Shown: positions 37,862 through 46,748, counted from the stretch's first letter. The stretch: DNA of 64,000 bases from Patescibacteria group bacterium (GCA_040384565.1 JAZKJC010000005.1:76796-140795), one strand, 5' to 3'. A program made the numbers and translations. The notes: generated by a model not told the origin, from the letters alone.

Positions 37862-37884
37862 ATCGCATCTGGTACAATAGTTAA

Positions 37885-38256
37885 ATGATCATGAACAATA
37901 GACCAATTGGGCGGCTCTTTTTGCGTTGGTTTATTTGTAGCCTAGGTCTATGGGTAGCGGCTGGTTTGCTGGGGCAGGGCATAAATTACGATAGCCGCAT
38001 AGGCGTTATTTTAGTTGCCGGTCTTATACTCGCAGCCGTAAACGCTATCATTAAGCCTATTGTAGTGATCCTGTCATTACCAGCTATTCTGTTCAGCCTT
38101 GGGCTATTCATGATAGTTATTAATGGCTTGATGGTACTGTTGGTAAGTAAATTGTATTCTGGCCTGGAGGTTACAAATTTCGGGGCTGCAATGCTTGCCG
38201 GAATGGTTATAGGCTTGGTAAACTACTTAGTGACGACTATATTGGAGGATAAATGA
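37885..38256 (+). CDS. DUF360 / phage-holin-4-like small membrane protein
   Basis: Four hydrophobic segments with AVNAIIKPIVVILSLPAILFSLGLF, typical of the YvlD/DUF360 family. Confidence 0.65.
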   Translation: MIMNNRPIGRLFLRWFICSLGLWVAAGLLGQGINYDSRIGVILVAGLILAAVNAIIKPIVVILSLPAILFSLGLFMIVINGLMVLLVSKLYSGLEVTNFGAAMLAGMVIGLVNYLVTTILEDK

Positions 38257-38270
38257 TAAAACAGTTAAAA

Positions 38271-38354
38271 GCTTACAGCTTACAGCTTACAGTTAAAAGA
38301 GTAATATTTTGTCTAAATGGTCTACTGTCAGCTGTCTACTGTCAGCTGTCTACT
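38271..38354 (+). repeat. Two short tandem-repeat tracts in the secG upstream region
   Basis: GCTTACA x3 lies at 38271-38291. GTCTACTGTCAGCT x2.5 lies at 38320-38354. Confidence 0.85.
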
Positions 38355-38374
38355 AATTTCGCCGGAGGCGGAAG

Positions 38375-38587
38375 ATGAGTATTTATAATTATGTAACAAT
38401 GGTTTCTATGGTTCTGGCGACAATTTTGATATTGCTTCAAACGCGCGGAGCAAGCTTGGGTGCTGGAATGGGCGGTGGCGGTGAAGTTAATACAGTTAGG
38501 CGTGGTTCTGATAAAACGATTCACCAGATAACTATTATTGTAGTCATAGTTTTTGCCGCTTCGCTCTTATTAGGGCTTGTCTCCTAG
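38375..38587 (+). CDS. secG: Preprotein translocase subunit SecG
   Basis: 70 aa with two TM segments and the Gly-rich loop LLQTRGASLGAGMGGGG, typical of SecG. Confidence 0.8.
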   Translation: MSIYNYVTMVSMVLATILILLQTRGASLGAGMGGGGEVNTVRRGSDKTIHQITIIVVIVFAASLLLGLVS

Positions 38588-38604
38588 AGCTCCGCCTAGA
38601 TAAA

Positions 38605-40395
38605 ATGATAAAACGTCTCACAAGATTACGTTGGCGCCGCCGAATTCGCAAAGGTCGCCGGCAGGTAGAGGATATTAGCGTACAAGCGGAAGAGCAAATG
38701 GAAAGGCACTTTTTCAAGCGTCTAACTCGCTTATTCAATGTACGTCGTTTTGTTATAGGCTGGATAACGCTTATTGTATTACTTGGCCTGGCAGTTACAA
38801 TGCAGCTTCGCTCTCTAGGGGGCTACTACCAGGAGTTACAGCCTGTGCCTGGCGGAAGCTTTACCGAAGGCATGATAGGAACGTTCACAAATGCCAACCC
38901 TTTATACTCTACAGGGTTAGTCGATAGCACAGTATCCCGCCTGGTTTTTTCTGGATTACTTAAATATGATGAACAAAATAAATTGGTCGGTGACTTAGCA
39001 GAAAACTGGCAAGCTGACGAAAACAGCAAAATATATACCGTTACGTTGAGACCTCATTTAAAATGGCATGATGACAAGCCTCTAACAGCGGATGACGTAG
39101 TATTTACTTTTCACGCAATTCAAAACCCAGACACTAAATCTCCATTTTTTAGAGCTTGGCAAGGCGTAGATATAAAAGCGGTGGATGCCAAGACAATAGT
39201 TTTTACATTGCCCAGCCCCTTAGCGCCTTTTATATATAGTTTAACAACAGGAATTGTACCGAAGCATCTGCTGAGTGACATTGAGCCCTCTCAGCTTAGA
39301 TCTTTGCAATTTAATACGTCGCGTCCTATAGGATCAGGGCCATTTAAGTGGGACACAGTCGAAACAACGTCAAATGGCCCAGACAGTAAATTGCAACAAA
39401 TTGGCCTACAATCTTTCGAGAATTATCATCACGGAAAGCCCAAACTTGAGCGCTTTATCGTAAGAGCTTATACGTCAGAGAAAGATCTGGTCGATAGCTT
39501 TCAAAGGCAAGAAATCAGCGGGTTAGTCGGGTTAGATCGTCCCCCCGATAGTATTAAAGATGTTGAAAACATTCAGGAAAATACTGCCTCACTCACCGCC
39601 GAAACCATGGTATTCTTGCGTACTGACAGTGAATTGCTCAAGGACGTACGTGTTCGGCAAGCCCTTTTAAAGGCAATTGACGTGCCAGCACTGGTGAGCG
39701 GGCTTGATTATCCTGCGATAGCCGCCGATGAGCCGTTACTACATGGTCAGCTTGGCTACAACGCTACACTTAAGCAGGTACCATTTAGTATAGAAGAAGC
39801 TAATAAGTTGCTTGATGAAAGTGGCTGGAAACGATTAGATGACAAGTCGGTCAGAATGAATGGTGACAAAAAGCTAATCCTTAAGTTTGTGGCTCAGAAT
39901 AACGCCGACTATGTATACTTGACCAAACAAATCCAAAAGGCTTGGCTATCGGTTGGGGTTGAAACTCAAGTAATACTTCAAAACGATGCCGATCTGCAGG
40001 ATACAATTAATGAGAGAGACTATGATGCTTTGCTTTATGGTATTTCGATAGGCGTCGATCCAGACGTATTTGCCTATTGGCATAGTACGCAGGCTGATCC
40101 ACGTGCTAGCTCACGACTTAACTTCTCAAACTATAAATCAGCCACAGCCGATAAAGCCTTAGAAGCTGGCCGTACCAGGATTGACCCAAGTCTGCGGGCT
40201 GCAAAATACATTCCTTTTTTGCAGAGCTGGCGAGGCGACGTGCCAGCAATTGCTCTTTATCAACCGCGTTTTTTGTACATTACAAGCGACAGGCTTTTTA
40301 ATTTTCAGCCAAGAGCCATCAATACTGCAGCTGACCGTTTTAATAATGTGCATAACTGGATGATTCTCCAAGACTATACCCTTAAAACAAGATAA
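38605..40395 (+). CDS. ABC transporter substrate-binding protein, peptide/nickel family (SBP family 5), TM-anchored
   Basis: An N-terminal basic tail and TM anchor are followed by family-5 features (LV..L...W......YTF.LR...WHDG.P.TA.DV.F), and the length is about 600 aa. Confidence 0.8.
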   Translation: MIKRLTRLRWRRRIRKGRRQVEDISVQAEEQMERHFFKRLTRLFNVRRFVIGWITLIVLLGLAVTMQLRSLGGYYQELQPVPGGSFTEGMIGTFTNANPLYSTGLVDSTVSRLVFSGLLKYDEQNKLVGDLAENWQADENSKIYTVTLRPHLKWHDDKPLTADDVVFTFHAIQNPDTKSPFFRAWQGVDIKAVDAKTIVFTLPSPLAPFIYSLTTGIVPKHLLSDIEPSQLRSLQFNTSRPIGSGPFKWDTVETTSNGPDSKLQQIGLQSFENYHHGKPKLERFIVRAYTSEKDLVDSFQRQEISGLVGLDRPPDSIKDVENIQENTASLTAETMVFLRTDSELLKDVRVRQALLKAIDVPALVSGLDYPAIAADEPLLHGQLGYNATLKQVPFSIEEANKLLDESGWKRLDDKSVRMNGDKKLILKFVAQNNADYVYLTKQIQKAWLSVGVETQVILQNDADLQDTINERDYDALLYGISIGVDPDVFAYWHSTQADPRASSRLNFSNYKSATADKALEAGRTRIDPSLRAAKYIPFLQSWRGDVPAIALYQPRFLYITSDRLFNFQPRAINTAADRFNNVHNWMILQDYTLKTR

Positions 40396-40444
40396 TGCTT
40401 GCTTGAGTTTTGCGTATAAACTCCGTAAGATAGGCTCACTGTAT

Positions 40445-40531
40445 GGGCGAGTGGTGAAATTGGTAAACACGCAGCCTTGAGGTGGCTGTGCCGTAAAAAG
40501 CTTGGAGGTTCAAGTCCTCTCTCGCCCACCA
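40445..40531 (+). tRNA. tRNA-Leu (anticodon GAG)
   Basis: Acceptor GGGCGAG/CTCGCCC plus A plus CCA; anticodon stem-loop CAGCC-TTGAGGT-GGCTG; long variable arm; T-arm GGAGGTTCAAGTCCTCT. Confidence 0.9.
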
Positions 40532-40570
40532 AAACAACATGACGACCTTTGTGGTCGTCTTGTTGTTTTG
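40532..40570 (+). terminator. Rho-independent terminator after tRNA-Leu
   Basis: A 17-bp stem with one mismatch (AAAACAACATGACGACC / GGTCGTCTTGTTGTTTT) is followed by a T-run. Confidence 0.75.
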
Positions 40571-40854
40571 TAGCCGCAGGACTTGAACCGTAGATATACA
40601 CTGCCAGATGGCAGTTTATGTTTTCCTTGCCCCGCCTGTCTTTCCGAGCCCCCTGTCTTTCTGACAAGAAAGCCAGGCAGAACGGACAGGTTGGTCATTT
40701 ATGGAGGCTTCAGCCAAAGAAATGCATATATAGCAAGTCCTCTCTCACACCAGCTGTAATTCCCCTATTTTTGCTATTAAATTCCCATTCTAACCAGTTG
40801 TTTGGTATGATACTGGGTAGAATGCTAACGCTTAGCCAGGGATATTAATAGTTT

Positions 40855-42492
40855 ATGAGTAAAGTTGCGCATTATCTGCAAGAACATTTGGTTGGTGAGG
40901 TGATGACTAGCGCTGATGCGCGCCGGTATTTTGCGACAGATTCCAGTATCTTCACAATGGCGCCCGCCATAGTTGTATACCCTAGGAGCGAAAATGACGT
41001 TCGTAAGACTGCCCGCTTTACCTGGCAATTAGCCGAACGAGGCCGGATCATCCCCATTACGCCTCGTGGCCTTGGGACTGATCAGAGCGGTGCCGCGCTA
41101 GGCAGTGGAATTATGTTGATATTCCCGGCTCATATGCACAGGATTTTAGAATTAGATGGCAAGAGTGGAGACGTAACGCTTGAACCGGGCATTAACTATG
41201 GCAAGCTACAACAAACCTTACATACCCATAATCGTTTTTTGCCACCTTACCCTGCCTCTCAGGAATATTCAACGGTTGGAGGCGCGATAGCCAACAATGC
41301 CGGTGGTGAACGAAGCATAAAATACGGTTCAACGGCGGCATTTGTTCAACGGCTACGTGTTGTTTTGGCAAACGGCGAAGTCATAGAAGTACGTAAGCTT
41401 AATAAGCGGGAGCTAAATAAAAAGCTTGGCTTAAACAGTATGGAGGGCGAAATCTATCGTCAAGTTGATCGGCTGATAGAGGAAAACCATGAGTTGATTG
41501 AAAAATCTATTTTGCCGGTATCTAAGAACTCGGCAGGATACGCACTGGCCGATATAAAGAAAAAAGATGGATCATTTAACTTGATTCCCCTCTTGGTAGG
41601 CTCGCAAGGCACTTTGGGCATTGTGACAGAAGCCACCATGACTACTGAGCTTCATAGTCCACACACCACTCTTGTAGTAGCATTCGTAGACGATCTATCG
41701 GTTGCACAGGAAATTATCAATGAGCTAAGGAAGTTTTCAGAATTACCGGCCACAATAGAAATGGTAGACAATCATTTATTGGAATTTGTTCAAGCCCATA
41801 ACCCGGCTCTTTTAAAAGATGTTTTACAGCCACCGTTTCAAAAGTTGGCGCTTTTTATTGAGTTTGATAATCTAACTGACCGTATCCAGAAACGCATGGC
41901 AAAGCGTACCACAAAACTTTTAAACCATTACCAAGTACCATTTCGTAGCGAAACAGACCCCGAGCTTAAAGAACAGCTTTGGAAAATTAGGCATGCCGCT
42001 TCTACTATACTTTCCCACAACGAGTCTGGCGCCAAGCCTGTTCCAATAATCGAGGATGGGGTTGTTCCTACCGAACGTTTTCAAGAGTTTTTGGAGGGTG
42101 TTTATGACCTATTTGCCACACATCATCTGCCGGTATCGGTCTGGGGCCATGCCGGAAATGCTCACTTGCATGTGCAGCCACTGCTGAATTTGTCTCAGGT
42201 TGGCGACCGCCAAAAGCTTTTTAAGTTGTTGGAGGATTATTACACTCTAGTAATACGCCTTGGTGGCAGTACTACTGGCGAACACGGCGATGGCCGCCTG
42301 CGTGGTCCTTTTTTGGAGCAGCTTTACGGTCCTGCTGTCTATGATCTTTTTCGTCAAATCAAAAGCATCTTTGATCCTTACGGGACAATGAATCCAGGTG
42401 TCAAAATTGGGGTAAGCCTAGAAGACATCAAGCCCTTGCTGCGCCAAGAATACGACTTTTCGCATCTATACGACCACATGCCTCGTAGTTAA
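40855..42492 (+). CDS. FAD-binding oxidoreductase (GlcD / D-lactate dehydrogenase-like)
   Basis: FAD-binding PCMH-type region (VVYPRSENDV...ITPRGLGTDQSGAA...GGAIANNAGG) and a C-terminal FAD-oxidase domain with GEHGDGRLR. Confidence 0.8.
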   Translation: MSKVAHYLQEHLVGEVMTSADARRYFATDSSIFTMAPAIVVYPRSENDVRKTARFTWQLAERGRIIPITPRGLGTDQSGAALGSGIMLIFPAHMHRILELDGKSGDVTLEPGINYGKLQQTLHTHNRFLPPYPASQEYSTVGGAIANNAGGERSIKYGSTAAFVQRLRVVLANGEVIEVRKLNKRELNKKLGLNSMEGEIYRQVDRLIEENHELIEKSILPVSKNSAGYALADIKKKDGSFNLIPLLVGSQGTLGIVTEATMTTELHSPHTTLVVAFVDDLSVAQEIINELRKFSELPATIEMVDNHLLEFVQAHNPALLKDVLQPPFQKLALFIEFDNLTDRIQKRMAKRTTKLLNHYQVPFRSETDPELKEQLWKIRHAASTILSHNESGAKPVPIIEDGVVPTERFQEFLEGVYDLFATHHLPVSVWGHAGNAHLHVQPLLNLSQVGDRQKLFKLLEDYYTLVIRLGGSTTGEHGDGRLRGPFLEQLYGPAVYDLFRQIKSIFDPYGTMNPGVKIGVSLEDIKPLLRQEYDFSHLYDHMPRS

Positions 42493-42651
42493 GGCCTCAA
42501 CCTAAAATAACTTCGTCAGTTGGTTGGATGATTTTCGAGCTAAAGCTGCTACTGGGGAAGTAGGCGTACCTTTGGTACGTTGGACTGAGTCAGGAGCAGC
42601 TTTAGACGAAAAGGGCCAGTCAAATGGGGGAGTTATTTTAGGTTGAGGCCT
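42492..42651. other. 160-nt rod-like inverted-repeat element (possible structured RNA or MITE-like element)
   Basis: The 21-bp arms AGGCCTCAACCTAAAATAACT (42492-42512) and AGTTATTTTAGGTTGAGGCCT (42631-42651) are perfect reverse complements. Nested pairings are TTTTCG/CGAAAA, CTAAAGCTGCT/AGCAGCTTTAG and the apical CGTACC-TTTG-GTACG. Confidence 0.6.
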
Positions 42652-42723
42652 AAGGGCCGTTATTTCAGTTTTGCCTTTTAAGCTCCGAATGCTATGATAA
42701 CCCCTGTTCATTAACACATTATC

Positions 42724-42809
42724 GCGCGAGTGGCGGAATGGTAGACGCGCTAGCTTCAGGAGCTAGTGAGAGCAATCTCGTGGAGGTTCAAGTCCTCTTT
42801 CGCGCACCA
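42724..42809 (+). tRNA. tRNA-Leu (anticodon CAG)
   Basis: Acceptor GCGCGAG/TTCGCGC plus A plus CCA; anticodon stem-loop CTAGC-TTCAGGA-GCTAG; long variable arm; T-arm GGAGGTTCAAGTCCTCT. Confidence 0.9.
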
Positions 42810-42810
42810 T

Positions 42811-42887
42811 GGGCGGTTAGCTCAGTTGGCTAGAGCATCTGTTTTACACACAGAGGGTCATAGGTTCGAGTCCTATACCGCCCACCA
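42811..42887 (+). tRNA. tRNA-Val (anticodon TAC)
   Basis: Acceptor GGGCGGT/ACCGCCC plus A plus CCA; D-arm AGCTCAGTTGGCTAGAGC; anticodon loop TTTACAC; T-arm ATAGGTTCGAGTCCTAT. It starts 1 nt after tRNA-Leu-CAG. Confidence 0.9.
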
Positions 42888-42894
42888 TCTAAAG

Positions 42895-42919
42895 AATCCA
42901 CCATTGAGGTGGATTTTTT
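42895..42919 (+). terminator. Rho-independent terminator after tRNA-Val
   Basis: Hairpin AATCCACC-ATTGA-GGTGGATT followed by TTTT. Confidence 0.8.
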
Positions 42920-42985
42920 AGAAGGCAGCTGGTTGGGAATCGAACTCTTGATATATACTAGTAAAGTTAAGGAGAGGAGGTTAAT

Positions 42986-43228
42986 TTGGCAGCAGGTGAT
43001 CAATTGCGTAGTGCGGCACAGCAAGCCCGGCAAGCCGCCGAAGATAAAAAACGTCAAATGCAGACCATGCGAGCAGATATAGAAAAAATGAAACGCGAGA
43101 TGCTAAAAATGCATGAAACGGCAAATGCCTGGGATCAGGAGATAGCCAAACTGGACAGCCAAATCAAAGACATGGAACGCCAGGCTCAGGCCGCCGATCA
43201 GGCTGAACGTAATATCAAGAACGCTTAA
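42986..43228 (+). CDS. Hypothetical small coiled-coil protein (80 aa)
   Basis: TTG start behind a strong RBS (GGAGAGGAGG). The heptad-like charged sequence sits immediately upstream of the SPFH gene. Confidence 0.5.
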   Translation: MAAGDQLRSAAQQARQAAEDKKRQMQTMRADIEKMKREMLKMHETANAWDQEIAKLDSQIKDMERQAQAADQAERNIKNA

Positions 43229-43243
43229 TAAGGAGATTTCTGT

Positions 43244-43996
43244 ATGTCAGGTTTTGTAATCTTTATACTAATCAGTGCTGTTATCATTATTGCCTACGGC
43301 GTCAGAATCATTAATCAGTTTGAGAGAGGTATTGTACTGACGCTTGGGAAGTACAGTAGTACGCGTTCGCCAGGTCTAAATATCATCATACCTATAATTC
43401 AGACCATCCGAAAAGTAGATATTCGTTCTACGCCGGTTGATGTACCTAAACAAGAAGTTATTACTAAAGATAACGTCACTATCGGGGTTGACGCGGTAGT
43501 TTATTTTAGGGCCGTAGACCCCGCAAAGGCAGTGCTTGAGACAACTAACTACACCTATGCAACTTCACAATTTGCACAAGCGGCGCTGCGTGATGTAGTC
43601 GGAAACGTTGAACTGGACGAGCTGCTTGGTAAGCGCGAAGAAATATCCCAACAAATCAAAAACATCGTTGATGCCGAAACAGACAAATGGGGCATAGACG
43701 TAGAAAATGTCAAAATTCAAAACATCGAATTGCCTCAGGATATGAAACGGGCCATGGCCAAACAAGCCGAAGCCGAGCGTGAACGTAGGGCTACCGTCAT
43801 CAATGTAGATGCCGAAAAGTTGGTTTCCAAAACTTTAGCTGAAGCCGCCGCCATGTTGTCAGCCACGCCTGGAGCAATTAATCTCCGTACTCTTAACACC
43901 TTAGAGCGGATATCGTCTGAACCTTCCCAAAAGACCCTTATACTTTTCCCTATTGATCTTATTGATGCTATCCGCGGTATCGCCCACAAACAATAA
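43244..43996 (+). CDS. SPFH/Band-7 (stomatin-prohibitin family) membrane protein
   Basis: An N-terminal TM segment is followed by the SPFH core IVLTLGKY....PGLN.IIP....R.VD.R......P.QEVITKDNV...DAVVYFRV.DP and an Ala/Glu-rich coiled coil. Confidence 0.85.
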   Translation: MSGFVIFILISAVIIIAYGVRIINQFERGIVLTLGKYSSTRSPGLNIIIPIIQTIRKVDIRSTPVDVPKQEVITKDNVTIGVDAVVYFRAVDPAKAVLETTNYTYATSQFAQAALRDVVGNVELDELLGKREEISQQIKNIVDAETDKWGIDVENVKIQNIELPQDMKRAMAKQAEAERERRATVINVDAEKLVSKTLAEAAAMLSATPGAINLRTLNTLERISSEPSQKTLILFPIDLIDAIRGIAHKQ

Positions 43997-44060
43997 TCTT
44001 CCATAAACCTTGAGTTAGTTTGCGAATTGACCTCTGGTGCGCTATGCTAGTCTAGTTCAT

Positions 44061-44157
44061 TGTGGCTCTTTAGCTCAGTTCGCAAACGCAGAGGCTTGAA
44101 GAGCCCAAGGCGTAGCCGGGCAAATCATAATATGTCTCTGGGGACACAAGGCTCTTT
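44061..44157 (+). pseudogene. Scrambled tRNA-Phe-derived pseudo-copy
   Basis: 44061-44080 is identical to 44188-44207 (5' flank plus acceptor and D-arm). 44088-44105 is identical to 44214-44231 (anticodon arm). 44138-44156 is the exact reverse complement of 44225-44243. It does not fold as a cloverleaf. Confidence 0.7.
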
Positions 44158-44190
44158 AACAATTACCATAACAGTACCGCATGCAAATGT

Positions 44191-44266
44191 GGCTCTTTAG
44201 CTCAGTTGGTAGAGCAGAGGCTTGAAGAGCCTTGTGTCCCCAGTTCGAGTCTGGGAGGAGCCACCA
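44191..44266 (+). tRNA. tRNA-Phe (anticodon GAA)
   Basis: Acceptor GGCTCTT/AGGAGCC plus A plus CCA; D-arm GCTCAGTTGGTAGAGC; anticodon stem-loop GAGGC-TTGAAGA-GCCTT; T-arm CCCAGTTCGAGTCTGGG. Confidence 0.9.
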
Positions 44267-44428
44267 AGCTTTGCCTACGGCAAAGTAATTAACATTTAGC
44301 ATTGATCAATTAACATTTTTGGACAAAAATCTGCGATTTTTGAGTTCTATAAGAATTTCAGCGAAGCTGTCCAACATTGAAAATTGAAAATTGTTACTTG
44401 AAAATCGTTTTTGCTAAACCAAAAACCT

Positions 44429-44504
44429 GCGGGTGTAGCTCAGTGTTTAGAGCGCTTCCTTGCCAAGGAAGAGGCCGAGGGTTAGAGTCCCTCCACCCGC
44501 ACCA
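44429..44504 (+). tRNA. tRNA-Gly (anticodon GCC)
   Basis: Acceptor GCGGGTG/CACCCGC plus A plus CCA; anticodon stem-loop CTTCC-TTGCCAA-GGAAG. The D-loop AGTGTTTA and T-loop TTAGAGT are non-canonical. Confidence 0.8.
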
Positions 44505-44546
44505 TTTAGACCCAAACGATTTTGAAACAGTATAGTTTCAAACAAA

Positions 44547-44569
44547 AGAGACCATAGTGGTCTCTTTTT
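44547..44569 (+). terminator. Hairpin terminator after tRNA-Gly
   Basis: Hairpin AGAGACCA-TAG-TGGTCTCT followed by TTTT. Confidence 0.7.
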
Positions 44570-44584
44570 GATATACTCGCCATA

Positions 44585-45139
44585 ATGGCTTTAACTATCA
44601 ACGCACCAAAGAATATACTTCTGATACCTTTCTTTGTAGTGCTCGTGATAATCGCAATACCATTTGCGTTATTCTTTAGTTTAATTAGATTACCTTTCGC
44701 AAAAAGGCGTATAGATAAGCTACAAGATATGCTAAAGAATGATTGGATGCCAAGAAAGAAGTACATGTACATTGGCTTAAATAGTAATTTTGCTTTGTCT
44801 GATTTTGTTAAGGATAAGATTATCCGTAACTATGGCGAACACATAGTGTGGGATGAATGGAATGAGAAGCAAAAAGAATGGAGAGAAAGCGAACCAGATA
44901 ACTCACGCCGTGTTACGACGTTCTGGCAAGATATTGGTGGGGACTTTGATGGCGACCCTATGATTATTATCGCAACCTATCAACCTGATGACTTCGTGAT
45001 TTCAAATAATAAAAATTTTTATCAATTTTGGCTATATGAAGATGACAGGGTGAATTATAATGACGAAAAATTAAAAACCAAAGAAGCAGAAAAGAAAATA
45101 GAAGCAATTGTAGAGAAAGCCTTAGATAGCTGGCGCTAA
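44585..45139 (+). CDS. Hypothetical membrane protein (184 aa)
   Basis: ORF with an N-terminal hydrophobic segment in AT-rich DNA. No family recognised. Confidence 0.45.
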   Translation: MALTINAPKNILLIPFFVVLVIIAIPFALFFSLIRLPFAKRRIDKLQDMLKNDWMPRKKYMYIGLNSNFALSDFVKDKIIRNYGEHIVWDEWNEKQKEWRESEPDNSRRVTTFWQDIGGDFDGDPMIIIATYQPDDFVISNNKNFYQFWLYEDDRVNYNDEKLKTKEAEKKIEAIVEKALDSWR

Positions 45140-45444
45140 TCCAACAAAGTAGTCGATAGGCTGAAATCATTAACAAGATTTTGTAGTTTTGGATTTGCTA
45201 CATTTTCAATGGCTGATGTTTGAAATGCGTCAACTATCTTGCACCATTCGCAACTTTGAGCCCGAAAAAGGCTCTTTTTTATCTGTTAATTTCGGGTTTT
45301 AACGTCTTGTTGTTAATCAATAGAGATTTTTCATAATATGGAAGCCCGAAAGTTCCTTTACAGAGGTGTTAGATATATAAAATTAATGTTTTAACCCCGC
45401 ACGGTTTATTTGTTTACTGCATATTGTTGTTCTATAGTAAAGTT

Positions 45445-45690
45445 ATGAAAAAGCGTACGGTGAGTCAGGAATATCAAGCAGTCTTTCAAAAAGAAACTGA
45501 AGGCGGCTTTTCGGTATGGGTACCGGACTTGCCAGGCTGCGCTTCCCAAGGCGAAACTCTAGAAGAAGCTTTACATAACATTAAAGAAGCAATAGAGCTC
45601 TATTTAGAAGATAGTCCTGTTGCAAAAGATGCTGCGGATTATAACTATAAACGGCAATTTGTAGTGCCGGTCACGCTTGCACATGCCTAA
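45445..45690 (+). CDS. hicB: HicB-family antitoxin (UPF0150 fold)
   Basis: YQAVFQKETEGGFSVWVPDLPGCASQGETLEEALHNIKEAIELYLED is the typical HicB N-terminal domain. I preferred the ATG at 45445 over the upstream TTG. Confidence 0.8.
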   Translation: MKKRTVSQEYQAVFQKETEGGFSVWVPDLPGCASQGETLEEALHNIKEAIELYLEDSPVAKDAADYNYKRQFVVPVTLAHA

Positions 45691-45900
45691 GCTATCTAAG
45701 TTTCCGCACTACAACTAGTTCGCGCGTTTCAAAAGTTGGGTTTTAGGAAAGTAAGTCAAAAAGGTAGCCATATTAAAATGCAGGATCCACAAGGACGAAC
45801 AGCCATTATCCCGAACCATAAAACTATTAAGCCAGGGACGCTCAAGAAAGGTATAATTAATCCGCTTGGCATTTCTGTAGAAGAACTCGTAAGAATCTAA
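45684..45900 (+). pseudogene. hicA: hicA-family mRNA interferase toxin, apparently frameshifted
   Basis: The ATG at 45684 overlaps the hicB stop and gives MPKLSKFPHYN before a stop at 45717-45719. The next frame, from about 45713, reads QLVRAFQKLGFRKVSQKGSHIKMQDPQGRTAIIPNHKTIKPGTLKKGIINPLGISVEELVRI, a full HicA domain. Confidence 0.7.
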
Positions 45901-46033
45901 AATAAAAAACCTGCTTCCTATTCTGGTTGTCCCAGACACGTACACCATACGGTCACAGTTTGGAAAGCCGGTCAGGTGTACCTCCTATAGTACTGACACA
46001 GCATAAGCGTCAGAGGCTGTTATAATTGCAGAT

Positions 46034-46564
46034 ATGCCGTATCTTGTAGTAGCTTATCCAAAGCTTGATGATGAAGATTTTGGGTTCATTCAAAATTATA
46101 GAAAAGAAAACGATGCTCGCTACTTTCATCTAATTGACCCACATATTACACTGGTTTTTGCGATTAATGATATTGATGAGCAAGAATTCTTAAGTGAAGT
46201 ACGTAAGCAAGTTGTTGGTACAAAAGCATTTCGATTTGAAATTAAAGTTGCAACAATAAACTTAGATAATTCGGGCAATTTCTACCATGAATTCCTAGTC
46301 CCAGATACTGGCTACTCTAATATAGTGAAATTGCATAATGCACTTTATGCCGATAAGTTCGAAGATTATCTGCGCCTTGATATAGACTTCATTCCCCACA
46401 TAGGTATTGGGAATAGTGACGAAGCTCAACATTCTAAAATGCGAGTAGATGATCTGAACACACAAGCTATTTCCATAGAGGGTAAGGTAAGCAGTATTGA
46501 TGTGATTGAATACAAAGAGGAAAGTATACGAACTATAGAAAAAATTAAGCTAACAAGTATATAG
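46034..46564 (+). CDS. 2H-phosphoesterase superfamily protein (2'-5' RNA ligase-like)
   Basis: Two H-x-T/G-x motifs (PHITLVF and PHIGIGN) sit at the expected spacing in a protein of about 175 aa. Confidence 0.5.
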   Translation: MPYLVVAYPKLDDEDFGFIQNYRKENDARYFHLIDPHITLVFAINDIDEQEFLSEVRKQVVGTKAFRFEIKVATINLDNSGNFYHEFLVPDTGYSNIVKLHNALYADKFEDYLRLDIDFIPHIGIGNSDEAQHSKMRVDDLNTQAISIEGKVSSIDVIEYKEESIRTIEKIKLTSI

Positions 46565-46748
46565 GAGCTTAGGTGTTTATTAAATCTGACTGACTTTTTC
46601 TAAATCTCTAAGAAGTAATGTTTTACTTTCGTAGCAAATAGCGCACTATGAATGAAACTGGTGTTTTTCAAACATTTAGACTCACGAAAGATCACTTTGC
46701 TCTGAAAGCAGACTTGCTAACCATACAATAGTATGTATAATTATATGT

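Noticed and set aside
38271-38354. Possible CRISPR-like repeats
   Set aside because: The units are 7 and 14 bp, directly tandem with no spacers. These are not CRISPR arrays.
40572-40640. GGACTTGAACC, the reverse complement of a tRNA T-arm, suggesting a minus-strand tRNA or tmRNA end
   Set aside because: I could not build an acceptor stem, T-stem or anticodon arm, and there is no CCA or acceptor complement. At most it is a degraded fragment.
42502-42717. 71-aa minus-strand ORF
   Set aside because: It lies entirely across the long inverted-repeat element. There is no RBS and the composition is odd. An open frame through palindromic sequence explains it better.
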